Source: Eledone cirrhosa
Taxonomy: Eukaryota
Length of the DNA: 64,000 nt
Assembly: GCA_964016885.1 (NCBI GenBank)
Contig: OZ024743.1
Coordinates: 109,864,001 to 109,928,000, forward strand
Reading direction: 5' to 3'
Below the pieces are notes generated by a model. It was not told the DNA's origin. It saw only the letters and a program-made list of their open reading frames with translations, and ran no database searches. The position numbers were made by a program, and so were the translations under genes. Shown piece by piece: positions 1-12,500 of this stretch (positions are counted from its first letter, which is position 1; each line of letters starts with the position of its first letter).

Positions 1-1005
1 TTAATATTAATTGTGGATTTTTCAGGGTGACTCTTTACCACCGCTTTTATTCTGCATCGCACTTATACCATTAAGTAAAATGCTCAATGAAACATGGATA
101 TAAAGTCTATGACAAAACCATTAATCACTTGTTCTACATGGATAACGTGAAACTATTTGCAAAAATCGATGAGGAATTGCAAGGACTATCCACTGTCAAG
201 CAGTTCAGCGATGATATTAAAATGGAGTTTGGACGAGACAAATGCGCCAAAGCCACGTTCACGAGAGGAAAGCTGATATTAATATTGATCGGGGGAATGT
301 GATAAGAGAACTTGATCAAGAGGAAACTTACAAATGTCTAGGTGTTTGTGAAGGAGACGGAATCAAGCACTCGACAATGAGGGAAAGGATAAGGAAGGAA
401 TGTTACCGCAGAGTAAGAGCAATCTTAAGAATGGAATTGAATGCAAAGAATAGGATCGATGCCATAAACGGGTTTGCCATACCAGTAGTAACCTAAAGTT
501 TCAATGTCATCAACTGGTCAAGCACAGAGATCCGTAGGCTCGAAACAAAAATTAGAAAATTCTTAACCATGCACAGAATGCATCACCCTAAAGCAGATAT
601 CTCCCTAGGAAAGAAGGAGGACGTGGATTAATCCAGGTAGATATTGCTTTGAAAACTGCAACAATTGGATTATATACATATCTAAGGGAATCATGATTGG
701 ATGATCAAACTCGTTTTGAAATATGAAAGAATCAAAAGATCATGCTCCATTACCAAAGATGCACAAAGATACCGTAATGAACTACACATTTCAGAAGTTC
801 CATTTACTGCTGAAATGAAAAACACAGAAAGAGCAAAGCAGGTAAAAGTAACTGCAAAGAAAGAACTGCTACAGAAACTGGCTAAGAAAAAAAAGAAAAG
901 CCTCTGTATGGAAAGTACCCAGAAATTGGCATCCTCTGGACTGAAATCGGAGACTGAAGGATTGTTTATATCAGCACAACATCAGTGTCTGCCAACAACA
1001 AATTA

Positions 1006-2912
1006 CATTGTGTAACATATTTTGTGTTCCTCGGTTCTAAGTGTCATTTCATAGTTTGTTATATCCCATTATTATTAAAAAAAAACACTATTATTTAATC
1101 AGAAGTTTGGGTTTGTTATCAGGAGTTTGATATTTCAAAATGTTCCTATTTTTCAAGAGATAAGACATTTTTTTTAAATGTACCACTTCATATAATTAAA
1201 TCAAGAGTGTATATATTTATTTTATTACACAAGCTTATAAAAAGCAAACAAGTAAAAACATATAACTCTTATAAAGCATCTTATATAACGTCAGAAATGA
1301 CTGGATATCCTGGATTTGGGGTTGTAGTCCAGGTCGCATTCCCGTACTAGCCCCCAGATATAGTCCCCCATCATTTTTTCATTGTAGTGGCCCTGGTACC
1401 ACCGCTCTATCTCTTTCACATCTTGGTTGAATGGTTCGCCTTGTTCTTCTGAATAGACGCCCATATTGTCCTTGAATCTTTCCAGGTGAGCGTCCAGCAT
1501 ATGGAGTTTAAGCGACATCCTGCAACCCATGGCGCCAAAGGCCTTTATCAGATCCTGTACCAGTTGCTGGTAGTTTTCAGCTCTGTAGTTGCCCAGGAAG
1601 CCCTTAACAACTGCTTTGAAACAGTTCCATGCTGTTCTCTAAATCCTATTGAGCTTATTGGAGAACTCGGTAGACTCAAACACTTTCTTTATGTGGGGTC
1701 CAAAAAAAATTCCATCTTTGATGTTGGCCTCAGATAACTTGGGGAAGAACTCAAGAAGGTACTTAAAAGCGGCTGATTCTTGGTTGAGAGCCTTCATAAA
1801 CTGCTTCATCAACCCCAACTTAATGTGCAGTGGCGGCATGAGCACAATCCTGGGATCAGCCTGTGGATCCCACATGACGTTCTGGGTCCCAACTACAAAT
1901 TCTGTTCGCTGCTCCCAGTTCTTTCTTTTGTAGTGGTCAGAGGTGGCTCTGCTGTCCCAAAGGCAGAGGAAGGATTGAAAGTTGATAAAGCCTCTTTGGA
2001 GTCCAAGCAGGAAAGCCACCATCTTGGAGTCTCTAATGATTTCCCAATTGTACTGGTTGTATTGCAGAGCTTCCAAGAGGACTTTCACACTGTAGTAATC
2101 TTCCTTCAGGCACACTGAATGAGCTAGGGGCAGTGTCGGAGACTTGTTTCCATTGTGGAGGAGGACAGCCTTCAAACTTGTGATGGAGCTGTCTATAAAT
2201 AGCCGCCACTCCTTGGGTATAAACTGCACCCCAATAACGTCAAACAGTCCAGGCACGTCATGGCAGAAGCAGAGGCCATCCCTAAGAGTGTAAAAGCCTG
2301 AGAAAGTTTCGTGTCGACTTCTCTGACTTAACCTTCCTCCTTGACCAAGTTCCACTGCTTCATCCTGGAGACGAATAGCTCTGCATTGGTCTTCGTCAGA
2401 CCCATATCCCTGACCATGTCATTGAATTATTTTTGGTTTGGGAAGTGAGGAACATGTTCTCGTACCTCAGGCAGGTAATCCAAGTCCTCAGCATCCACCA
2501 CCTCCTCTTCTTCAGAATACTTGTCTTGGAAAATAAATTTGTTATGCAATACAAAATAAATATTGGAAAGGGAAATACATATTTAAATAATATAAAAGAA
2601 CACTAATCATACTAATGAAAATTCGTGCTTAAAACACAACTTACCCTTTATTCAGGGTGCGAACATCCAGTATCAATAAATCTATTTAATCCACTTTTTA
2701 ACAATGTTATACTTTATTGCACTTTTGTAATTTTCTTTAGGTATTGCTCTTTATTTTATAATTTTAATTTAACCTGAAACATATATAAAAAAATCATTTA
2801 ACATAAGCAGATTGAAGTTACATACAACGTAAAATCCAGCATAAAAATAATTCTAGTGAATAGCTTAGAATTTTTATAAACACAAACTTTTAACCTTTTT
2901 TGTTACACGGTG
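1006..2912 (-). mobile_element. Chapaev3-like (CMC superfamily) DNA transposon, internally deleted and decayed
   Basis: Termini CATTGTGTAACA (1006) and TGTTACACGGTG (2912) form an imperfect TIR, with a 3-bp TTA duplication at 1003-1005 and 2913-2915. Transposase motifs WRLFIDSS, FLCLWDSR, PPLHIKLGLMKQF and SEEQGE occur in ORFs 1639-2355 and 1291-1530. Confidence 0.8.
1291..2355 (-). pseudogene. Transposase remnant (Chapaev3-type DDE core), disrupted
   Basis: Two consecutive minus-strand ORFs carry conserved transposase motifs; a stop separates them and the N-terminal part is missing. Confidence 0.75.
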
Positions 2913-3690
2913 TTATCAAGCCAACATGTATAAACAATAGATGCAACCCATTATGCTGTGTATGTAAAAAACAACCAGAGGCCATTGATCATATAATTTA
3001 AATATGCAGTCCTATAGCTCCAACCGAATACCTAAACAGGCACGACAGAGCTACACAATACATACATTGGATAATGTGTAAGCATTTTGACCTGCCCCAT
3101 CAAAAGAATTGGTGAGAGCATCAACCACATCCCGTTCTTGAAAAAGATCACATCTCCATCTTGTGGAACTTTAGCATCCAAACAGACCGAAAAATAGATG
3201 CAAATAGACCTGATATAATACTGAAGGACTTTAAAAAGAGGGTATGCCTGCTGATGGATATGTCCGTTCAAATAAACAAGAATGTATCTATAAAAGCAAT
3301 TGAAAAATTGAGCAAGTATAAGGACCTGGAGATAAAATTCGAAAAAATGTGGAAGTTGAGAACTGAAACAATACCAGTGGCTGTGGGCGCTCTAGGAATG
3401 TTACCTAAGGGGTCTAATGATTACTTATCACAAATCCCAGGAAACCCGCGTATAGAAGACATACAGAAGATAATACTAATGGGAACTGCCCATATACTAA
3501 GGAAGATTCTGCCATTATAAGTGCATCACAAGTCTAAAACCTAAAGGGGCATGTGTGTGTATGTATGTTCTTTCTTGAACATGGCGGACCTTGTTGTCTC
3601 TTGAAGTCACTGGTTGTGACTTGGTGACACTCGTATGAACATAAAGCAAGATAGATGCAACTGTAATAATAATAATCATTATTATTATTA

Positions 3691-3864
3691 TTTCTACGTT
3701 AGGCACAAGGCCAGCAATTACCGCATTACTGGTACTTTATTTTATCGATCCCGTAAGGATGAAGAGCAAAGTTAACCTTGGCGGGATTGAATGGCAAGGG
3801 CCGTAAATCTATACGTCAAAGCTTAGCGTCCCACCCTCTACCAACACGGCCAATCCATCGCCCT
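3691..3864 (-). mobile_element. tRNA-derived SINE, degraded copy
   Basis: Matches the copies at 21057-21432 and 61549-61737 (shared TACTGGTACTTTATTTTATCGA.CCCGTAAGGATGAA block) and has an ATT/AAT-type microsatellite tail. Confidence 0.75.
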
Positions 3865-4853
3865 TAATAATAATAATAATAATAATAATTTATAATGACA
3901 ATGATTTCATTTATTGGCCACAATACAAAATACTGGGGCAGTGGGGTTTTACAGAAAAATCGAGTAAACAATATGAATAACAATAACAAAGTAACAATAA
4001 ATATACAACAAGAAAAATTCCCCAATAGGGGGTATGACCACCCACGGTTCGCTCAGGTACCCCACCAATCCTGAACGAACCGACGCTTCAAGAGCACCAT
4101 GAAAGGGCACTCCTCTCCTCCTCATATTTACCAACTTACAGGCGCATGACCAGAGTAGGCCCACTCCCACGGGCCATTCTCGCCAAATCACCCACCATTC
4201 AGCAAATTTACTGGAAGCTAGCACTTAAGTCCTTTCAACCTCGTCCACCATACAACCTCTTTCGCTACTGCCACCAGACCGGAAAATGTCCTGCCCTTCC
4301 TGGCCAGAAGAAGGCGGCGGGTCGATTTTCACTGTGGACTCGGCCGATAGCCGGATCCGTTCGACACGCCACAACAGTTGTTCGACATGACTCCACATGT
4401 CAGTAATGCACGGACACTGGACGAGTGCGTGGGGAACGGTTTCGTAGCTCTGGGCGCATCTCGGGCAGGTCCGTCTAGCAGCACTTCCGTACCAGTAGAG
4501 TTTATCTCAAAATTGGCAGAGCCCCCCGGTAGCACTGCCAAGCGAGGGATTTTTGGAAATTATCCATCGTCCCCTGCTCGAAAGTCCTACGTTACATACT
4601 TGTTAGTTCGACCTCGTTGACTCCCAGAGCCTCTCCGAGTGTGTCGTCGCAATTGCCCACCACTAATCCTCTATAGAACTCGAGAGTGGACGTTCCACTG
4701 AACGCATTGCCCGCATGGTAGAGGTCAGTCAGTGTCTGGCAACATTCCAGATGCCAGTCACCCAGTCTCTGTCTCTTCTTGACCCAAGACTGCAGCTCAG
4801 TCAAAGAAACGAGCTGCGGAAAGGCCCGCCTAACAAACGGCGAGCACACCTGT

Positions 4854-6062
4854 TCACCGTTTAGGCAGAATATCTGGAGATGCCGCAGCCTCAGCGCGTG
4901 CCTGCGCATCATTAGCGACGGCATGCCCAGCCCTCCACGTAGAGGGTGCTGGCAGCAGATGGACCGCCTCACCAGCGGAACCTGACCCCTCCACAAGAAT
5001 TTGAAGAGGAGCCGCTCCAAGACGGCGAGGAGCGAACGGGGGGAAAGGGACGATGGTCAGACAGTAGAAGATGACGGACGCGATGTACGCGTTCGCCACC
5101 TCCGCCCGTCTTTTCAGTGATAGCTTCATCCCAGCCCATTTCTGGGTGATACTGGCTACCCTGCCCGTCACCTCGTCCCAATTCTTATCCACCTGGAGGT
5201 CTAGCCCGAACCAAACCCCTAGCAACTTTACCGGTCCGTCCGTCCAGCGCCTAACGTCGCTGTTGGACGGTATGGACTTGCCTCTCCAGGTGCCGATTTG
5301 CAAGCCCACCGACTTTTCCGGGTTAAGTTTTGCTCCCGTCAACCTTTCATATTCCTCCAATAAGTTGCTGACCACCTCGATTTCAGAGGTGTCGGACACC
5401 ATCAAAGTGATGTCGTCCGCATAAGCCGACACAGCCTTTCCGCGTCCCGGTTCGAGCTGGATGCCCTGCAACAGCTCCAGCTTCCTCAGTAAAGGCTCGT
5501 GAGTCAATACGTACAGAAGGGAGTAGAGAGGGCACCTTCGACGGACCGATCGGGAGGCCTGAAACGGTTCTGAGAGGTGGCCATTTATTTTGACCATCGA
5601 GCAGGTGCCGCTGTGCATTGCAGCGATCCAGCTTCTGAAGACGGGGCCGATGGTCGACCTATCGAATGCTTTCGATTGATCTAAATTGATCAGAGCCCCA
5701 CCGAAGCCAGGTTTACACCCTACCCTCTCTATGATGTATAGCATTAGGTAGAGGTTTTCGTGTATGGACCTGGTTGGGATTGCGCAAGTTTGTGCCTCCC
5801 CCACCAAATCCCCGACGACAAGCGCCAACCTCTTCGCTAACACCCTGGCCAAAATATTAAACTCTGTGTTGAGCAGAGTTATGGGCCTGAAATTGTCTAA
5901 TGTGTCCCTCTTGTTCTCGTCTTTCCTTATCAGTGTCACTACGCCGCGGCTCACGGAACTGGTAATACCCCCTATTTGCTGCCAGTTGCAGTAGAGATCT
6001 TCGAGGAGATTGGAGGACAAGTCTGGCATATTTACGTAAAGCTCGTAGGGCAGACCATCCAA
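4854..6062 (-). pseudogene. Reverse transcriptase domain of Tx1 copy A ORF2
   Basis: DGLPYELY, FRPITLLNTEF, LDQSKAFD, AYADD and KLLGVWF motifs; frameshifts on both sides. Confidence 0.85.
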
Positions 6063-6590
6063 ACTGATTGACTTATGCAGCCGACAAGGGCATCCTGAAT
6101 CTCGGCTGAAGTAATTGGCCTTTCGCAGCGCCCAGCGTCAGCCGTCGAGAATTGCGGCAAGCCATCGAGGTAGGGACTGAAGCCCGCCACCATCTCTGAC
6201 CCGCCACTTCCCCCGAACAACCGAGCAAAATGTTGGCGAAAGGCCTCCCATATCCTCTCGGAATCGCTCAGCTCGTGTTCGTCTCGTTCCGTCAAAGACC
6301 GAATCATGGTTTTGTTACCATGCTGCGCCTCTGCCACGCGGGCCTATCGAACAGCTTTGGTTCCCTCGTTTCTCAGAGCACGCGCCTTAGTTTGGACAAT
6401 GCAACCTTCGTGTTTCGCATTGAAGAAATGGTCTAATGCCATTCTCGCCGCTAGCACGTCAGTTGCAATGCCACTACCAATAGCCTCGTCTAACTTATCT
6501 TCCAAATTCCCCTCCTTTCTATTTTTCTCTTACGCTACTTCTTTGCTAAACTATCGACATTACTCTAATCTCTCTTTTGAGACCCCCCCA

Positions 6591-7391
6591 CTATCTATTG
6601 TTGACGACTCCCCCTGTCAACTTTTTCTTAACTAAATTGTTGACCTGGTCCCTGTAAGCATTACGTGCCAGAAATGACATGTTTAGCTTCCAGTAACCAC
6701 GTCCTAACCTATGCGTCTTATCTAGGTCGACCATACAGATCACAAACTTGTGATCTGAATAGGCGACCGTTTCAAAACGTGGACAGCTTACACTATTTCT
6801 GTCTATTTTCCTAATGAATATCCTGTCTATATACGATCTAGATGACCCTATGCGGTTAGCCCAGGTCCACACTGGCGCATGATGGAAATCTAGTCGGTAC
6901 CTGTCAGACAGTTGGAACTGGCTGATCAGGTTCTTGAGGCTTTTGCACCCTCCGCTCCTATCGGATACTCCCACACAGTCCCAGCGTGCGTCCAAGATGC
7001 CGTTCCAGTTCCCCGCTAACAGTAAAGGGGGAGACGTACCCAGAAAGGCTTCCAGGCGTCTAAAGAAGTCCGGCCATCCTGCCCCAGTAGGAGCATAGAC
7101 GGCCACCAGTCTAAAAGCACCACCTTCGTTATTGTTCACGTCCAGGACCACCAACTTCCCGTCCGGGTCCCGGAAGATCGACCATACCTCGAGATCCAGG
7201 CCTTTCCTAAACAGCACTGCCACCCCGCCTCCCATCCTCGGCCGGCTAACAGATGCAAAGAAACGATAGTCGTCGAAAATGGGGGCTAGTGCGCGCGTGT
7301 CGGAAATCCTGGTCTCGCTGACGGCAATTACATCCATTTCTATAGACCTGAGGCCTCGAACATTTAAACTTCCTAATCTTAATACCGCCAT
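6591..7391 (-). pseudogene. APE endonuclease domain of Tx1 copy A ORF2
   Basis: Motifs NVRGL, SETR, VYAP, GNWN (GDWN), IDRIF, SDH and YWKLN. Confidence 0.85.
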
Positions 7392-9549
7392 GTTGGCAGG
7401 TTAAAAGAGAGAGAGGAAAGGCTTACTTAACTTCCGGGCTCTTGTGAAGGTCGGGTGGTTCGACCTCCATAGTTGGTGGGGTTTCTTTTGGGAACCCCTT
7501 TAAAAGTCTTGAAGTGGGTTTTACGTTCGGGGTTCCGACATCCCGAGGAAAGCTGTCTCGTATCTCTTTGTATAAATCGAGCGACATTCGCGCCAGAAAC
7601 AAATCATCCGGCACGCGAAATCCGCTCGATTTAAAAATGTCCCCCTCTTTTTGTACATCTTCACTTTGTGCTACGAGCGCCATCAGTTCCTTGTTGGCCC
7701 TCTTGACGAGCACGATGTTTTGTATATTTTGTTGGTGTGATTTTATATGTTTGCGTGTCTGTGAAGGATTGTATGGTGTTGTTTCGGTTGTGTCTGTGAG
7801 TGTTGTGAGTGCGGTGTCTGTGGTTTCAGATGTCTGTGTGTGTATTTGTTCTTGCGTCTGTTTAGGTTGTTTGCGTTTGGGGAATTCTAGTGATAGTGAC
7901 GGTGGTGTTGATGTTGGTGTTATTGGAGAGATGTTTGTGTGGGTGGTGTCTGCATTTTTTATAGTGGGTGATTTTGTGCTTTGTTGAGTTTTATTTCTTT
8001 TTGTGTTTCCTTTTTAGTATTTTGGGGATTTTGGTTTTCCCTCATCCTCACTACTAGTAGACGAGGGGTCTGTGTATGTAAGTGTGTCTGTGTGTGTGTT
8101 TATGTTTTTTATTGGTGTGCATTTTGGGTGGGAGGGGGAATATGACAACTTTCCTCGCTTCCACCTTGGGTGGTCAATGTTGCTGGTGGTTTTGCCGGTC
8201 TGGTGTTGGTTGTGGTCCTTGCCCGGCGCCGGCAGCACTGGAGCCCTTCGACCCTTTGCATCTTTCAGCAGTTGAGGACAGCAGGCTCGCAAATGGGTTT
8301 TTTCCCCACAAACAAAACAATGCGGCCTTTCTGACCTCGGTCATAATATGAATGACCGTCCCATTCTGAAGGCGGATGTGGTCCGGGATTGTCTTCACGT
8401 TCTCTGGCCTGATCTGTAGAAGTATCTCCAGGTCAACCCCGGACCAGTCCTCTCTGGCAGTTCTTGTGACTTCTATCGGGACGGTATCCGTCTCCTCCAC
8501 AATCGCACATCCTGGTGGGATTCTGGGAATGCGGAGACGGGCCGTTCTTTTTCCCATGTGGGAGGGGTATATTATGACCTTGCTGGGTTTGCAAGGAGTC
8601 ATAGCGTGTTTCATAGTGAGGGTTTCTGGCTTAAACAGCACCGAAATGGTGCCGTACTGTCTACCCCTCTCTATGTACTGTGTGTCTTCTCTGATGCACT
8701 TCAGCGCGACTTCGACATCTGCTTGTGGAATTAAAGCTGCCCTTTTGGTTTGTGCTAAGATACATCTATAATGCACCGTTCTGCGCTCCACTGCCTCAAT
8801 AGCTTCTACAGGGACAGTTAAGTTGGCCCAGGTTTGCTCTTGCTTGATGAGCATCCAGGCCTGGGCCAACCTTTCATCTTTGTTTGAGAGGTCCATATTG
8901 AAGCATGGCCTCTTTCTGTCTGCTGCCGCACTGAATATGCTCTTCGTGTTGTCATTGGGGGTTTTGTTGTTGTTGTCGTTGTTCTTGTTGGTGTTGTTGT
9001 TATCACTGTCGCTGTTATCATTGTTGTCTTTGGTGCCTCCGTTGTTCTCGGTGCAGTTGGTATTGTTGCTGTTGGTGTTGACGCTATTTGTTTTCATGTT
9101 AGTGGTGTTGGTGTTGTTGTTGCATTTGTCATGTTTTCTGTTATCTGTATTTTCGTTGTCGCTGTTACTGTCATTTTTTTCAAAATTAGAGTTCTCAGTG
9201 TTGTTATCATTGCTGTCTTTGTTCACATTGTTTGTGGTGGTGTTTGTTGTATCAATTTCTCTTAATTTCGCAGCAGCGCTCCTCTCAACCTTTACATTGT
9301 TGTCGCACGACAGCAGGCATTTCGCTGGGGCGCGTGGCTCAGCCATGTAATATTTGTTTTTTCTCGATAATTTTTTTTTAAATAGTTCAAATATTTCGGC
9401 CAAAAGGCCCAAATATAATTATTTCCCCTTCACAGGGCAAAGTCCAGGGGCTTGTATGCCTTACACAACAACAACAAATTCAATAAATAAGTTTTGACAG
9501 TAAATAATTAAACTTACGGGAGCGAGCAAAAATACATCCGTTCAGACTC

Positions 9550-9591
<42 letters not shown>

Positions 9592-9593
<2 letters not shown>

Positions 9594-12500
9594 TTTCTTT
9601 ATTGGCCACATGGGCTGACATCAAGAAAAACATCACAGACGGAACAGGACGGTACGATGTGGGTTTTGTGCGTGTAAATATTTTTATTATTTATATAAGA
9701 AAAGAAAAAAGACATAAAACATATATATATATAAACATTAAAATGAAAATTGAAACAATGAAAATTTCCCCAATAGGGGGGAAACCTCCGAGGGTTACTC
9801 GTGGCGAAAACCACACAAAAGACCAGGGCCACCCTGACTACCAGGGCAAGCGCCCTCTCTCAATTTTTCCATCTCTCAAACTACAGACATATTCAGAGTG
9901 GTCCCGTTCACTCGGACCATTCTCGCTACATTCACCCACCTTTCAACAAACTTGCAAGAAAGCAGCACTTGCCTCTTCACCCTGATTTTCCTCTTCAACT
10001 GAAACTTGAAAAAGTTAATCAGGGATTCGCCGAAGAGGAAAATGTTTGTCTTTAATCGTTTTAACCTTGTCCACCACACAATCTCTTTCGCCATGGCTAC
10101 CAGGCAGATGAAAACCGCCTGCTCTTCCTCCTCAAAGGAAGACGGCGAGACCATCTGCACAATGGACTCAGTCGACAACGGGATCAGTCCCACACGTGAC
10201 AGCAACTGTTCGACATAGCTCCACAAGTCAGCAATGCTCGGGCACTGAACAAGTGCGTGCACAACGGTTTCGTCACTATGCGCGCATCTCGGACAGGCTC
10301 GGCTGACGGCACTTCGGTGCCTGTAGAGCTTATTTCGAACCGGCAGCGCTCCCCGGTAGTACTGCCAGGCCAGGGATTTTTGGAAGTTATCCATAGGCCC
10401 CGGGCTGAAACTTCTCCGGAAGAGAGCAAGCAGCTGATCTTCTTCGACGCCCAGAATCTCTCCGAGAACGTCATCGCTCTTCCCCTCCACTAGTCCTCTA
10501 TAGAACGGCGAGGTGGATGTTCCACCGATACCGGTGCCCAACTGGGAGAGGGTAGTGAGCGCCTGGAGACATTCCAGTTTCCAAGCGCTATCCCTCGGTC
10601 TTTTTCTGACCCCGGACTGCAGCTCCGTCAAGGAGACGAGCTGTGGGAAAATGTGCCTGGCGAACGGCGACCACACCTGTTCACCATCAAGGAAGCACCA
10701 GAGATGTCGCAGCCTCAGCGCATGTTTGCGCATCATCAGACATGGCATGCCCAGTCCTCCACGCAACGGGTGTTGACAGCAGATGGATCGTCTGACCATG
10801 GGATCGCGTCCCTTCCTCAAAAAACGGAAGAGGAGGCGCTCCATTTTGGTGAGAGTTGTGCTGGAGCAAGGGACGACGGTGAGGCGGTAGGAGATGACGG
10901 ATGCGATATACGCATTCGCCACTTCTGCCCGGCCTTTCAGGGACATCTTCCTCTCAGCCCATTTCTGGGTGAGAGAGGCCACCCTGCTCGTCACCTCGTT
11001 CCAGTTTTTCTCCATCTGGAGGTCAAGTCCGAACCAGACTCCGAGCAATTTAACCGGTCCGTCCGTCCAACGCCCCATGACACAGTCGGACGGCATGGAC
11101 TTGCCTATTCAGGTACCTAGCTGCAAGCCCACCGACCTTTCCTGATTTATCTTTGCTCCTGTCACCGTTTCGTATGCCTTGAGAGCAGTGCCGAGCATCT
11201 GTACGTGTCTGGTGCTCGACACCACCACGATAACGTCGTCAGTGTAAGCCGACTCGGATTTCCCGCATCCTAGTTCGCGTGGGACGCCCCTCATCGCCCC
11301 CAGTTTGTGCAGTTACGGCTCGAGAGCCAACACGTACAAGAGGGACGAGAGGGGACAACCCCGGCGGACTGAGCGCATGAAGCTGAACGGTTGCGACAGG
11401 TGACCGTTCACCCTCACAACTGAGCAGATGTCGCTGTACATTGCTGCGATCCAATGCTTGAAAACGGGCCCGAAACCGGCTCCATCGAGGACCGCGCCAG
11501 GTACCGATGGTCGACCTAATCGAATGCTTTGGATTGATCCAAGTTGATCAGGGCCCCATACTTTCCAGGTTCCTTAACCACCCTCTCCATGATGTATTGC
11601 ATGATACATCATAGAGAGGCATGCACTGAAATCCATGCCCCGATCCGGTCCGCCGCCGCTACCGAACAGTTCAGCAAAGTGCTGCTGAAAAGCTTCACAC
11701 ATCTGCTCGGGTTCGAGCATCACGCACCCGTTTTGGTCAGACACAGACCGAATTGTGGATCTCTAGCCACGTCGCGCCTCTGCCACCCGGGCCCATTGGA
11801 CGGTTTTTGTCCCCTCGTGTTTCAGAGCACGCGCTCTAGCTGTGACAACGCAGCCCTTGTGTTTTGCGTTGATTAATCAGTCGAGTGCCAATCTCGCTGC
11901 ATGCAAGTTGTTGCGAATTCCTGTCCTAAACGCTTCGACTAGCTTTCTGACTACCTCTCCCTCTACTCTATTTTCCTCTATCACTACTCCTTTGTTAAAC
12001 CTAATCGTCTCTACTTTAATTGCCCTTTTCAGGGCGAACCACCACCTGTTGTTGACGAACGCTGCCGTCAACGCCCTCTTAACTAATACGCTAATCCGGT
12101 CTCTGTAGGCCTTGCGCGCTGGGAAAGACACGTTCAGCTTCCAGTAACCAGGCCCTTGTCTATGAAGTCTGTCGATCTCACAGATCACAAATGTGTGGTC
12201 TGTGCAGTCGAGAATTTTAAATTGTGGACAACTTATACTAGCCTTATCTAGTTACCTGCAGAATACCCTATCTATATACGATCTGGATGACCCGATGTGG
12301 TTTGTCCATGTCCACATTGGCACATTCGGGTGATCCAGTCGATACCTGTCAGATAGTTCAAAACGTCTGAGCAGGTTGGTGAGGCTCTTGCACCCTCCTT
12401 CCCTATCCACTATCCCCACACGATCCCAGCGTGCATCCAAGATACCGTTCCAGTCGCCCACTAACGCTAAAGAGCGGGACGTTCCAAGAAAGGTCTCTAG

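Larger units (their letters stand above)
1..3662 (+). mobile_element. Decayed R4/Dong-clade non-LTR retrotransposon (RT + zinc finger + restriction-like endonuclease), cut by the window start and split by a DNA transposon at 1006-2912
   Basis: Frameshifted ORFs carry the RT motif HLFYMDNVKLFAK (87-302) and the RLE motif RPDIILKD...LMDMSV...K..KYKDL (3161-3520), with a degenerate CCHC/RHD region at ~2950-3050. Removing 1006-2915 restores the reading P-T-T-N-Y-Q-A-N. The 3' UTR ends at (TAA)n near 3664. Confidence 0.85.
3903..9549 (-). mobile_element. Tx1-type (L1 group) LINE copy A, near full length, decayed
   Basis: ORF1 with Asn-rich N-terminus (9412-7423, frameshifted). ORF2 has an APE endonuclease (GSLNVRGL, AVSETR, SYIDRIF, SDH; 7391-6591), RT (FRPITLLN, AYADD; 6062-4854) and a C-terminal Cys region. 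AATAAA lies near the 3' end, and (TAA)n flanks both sides. Confidence 0.9.
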
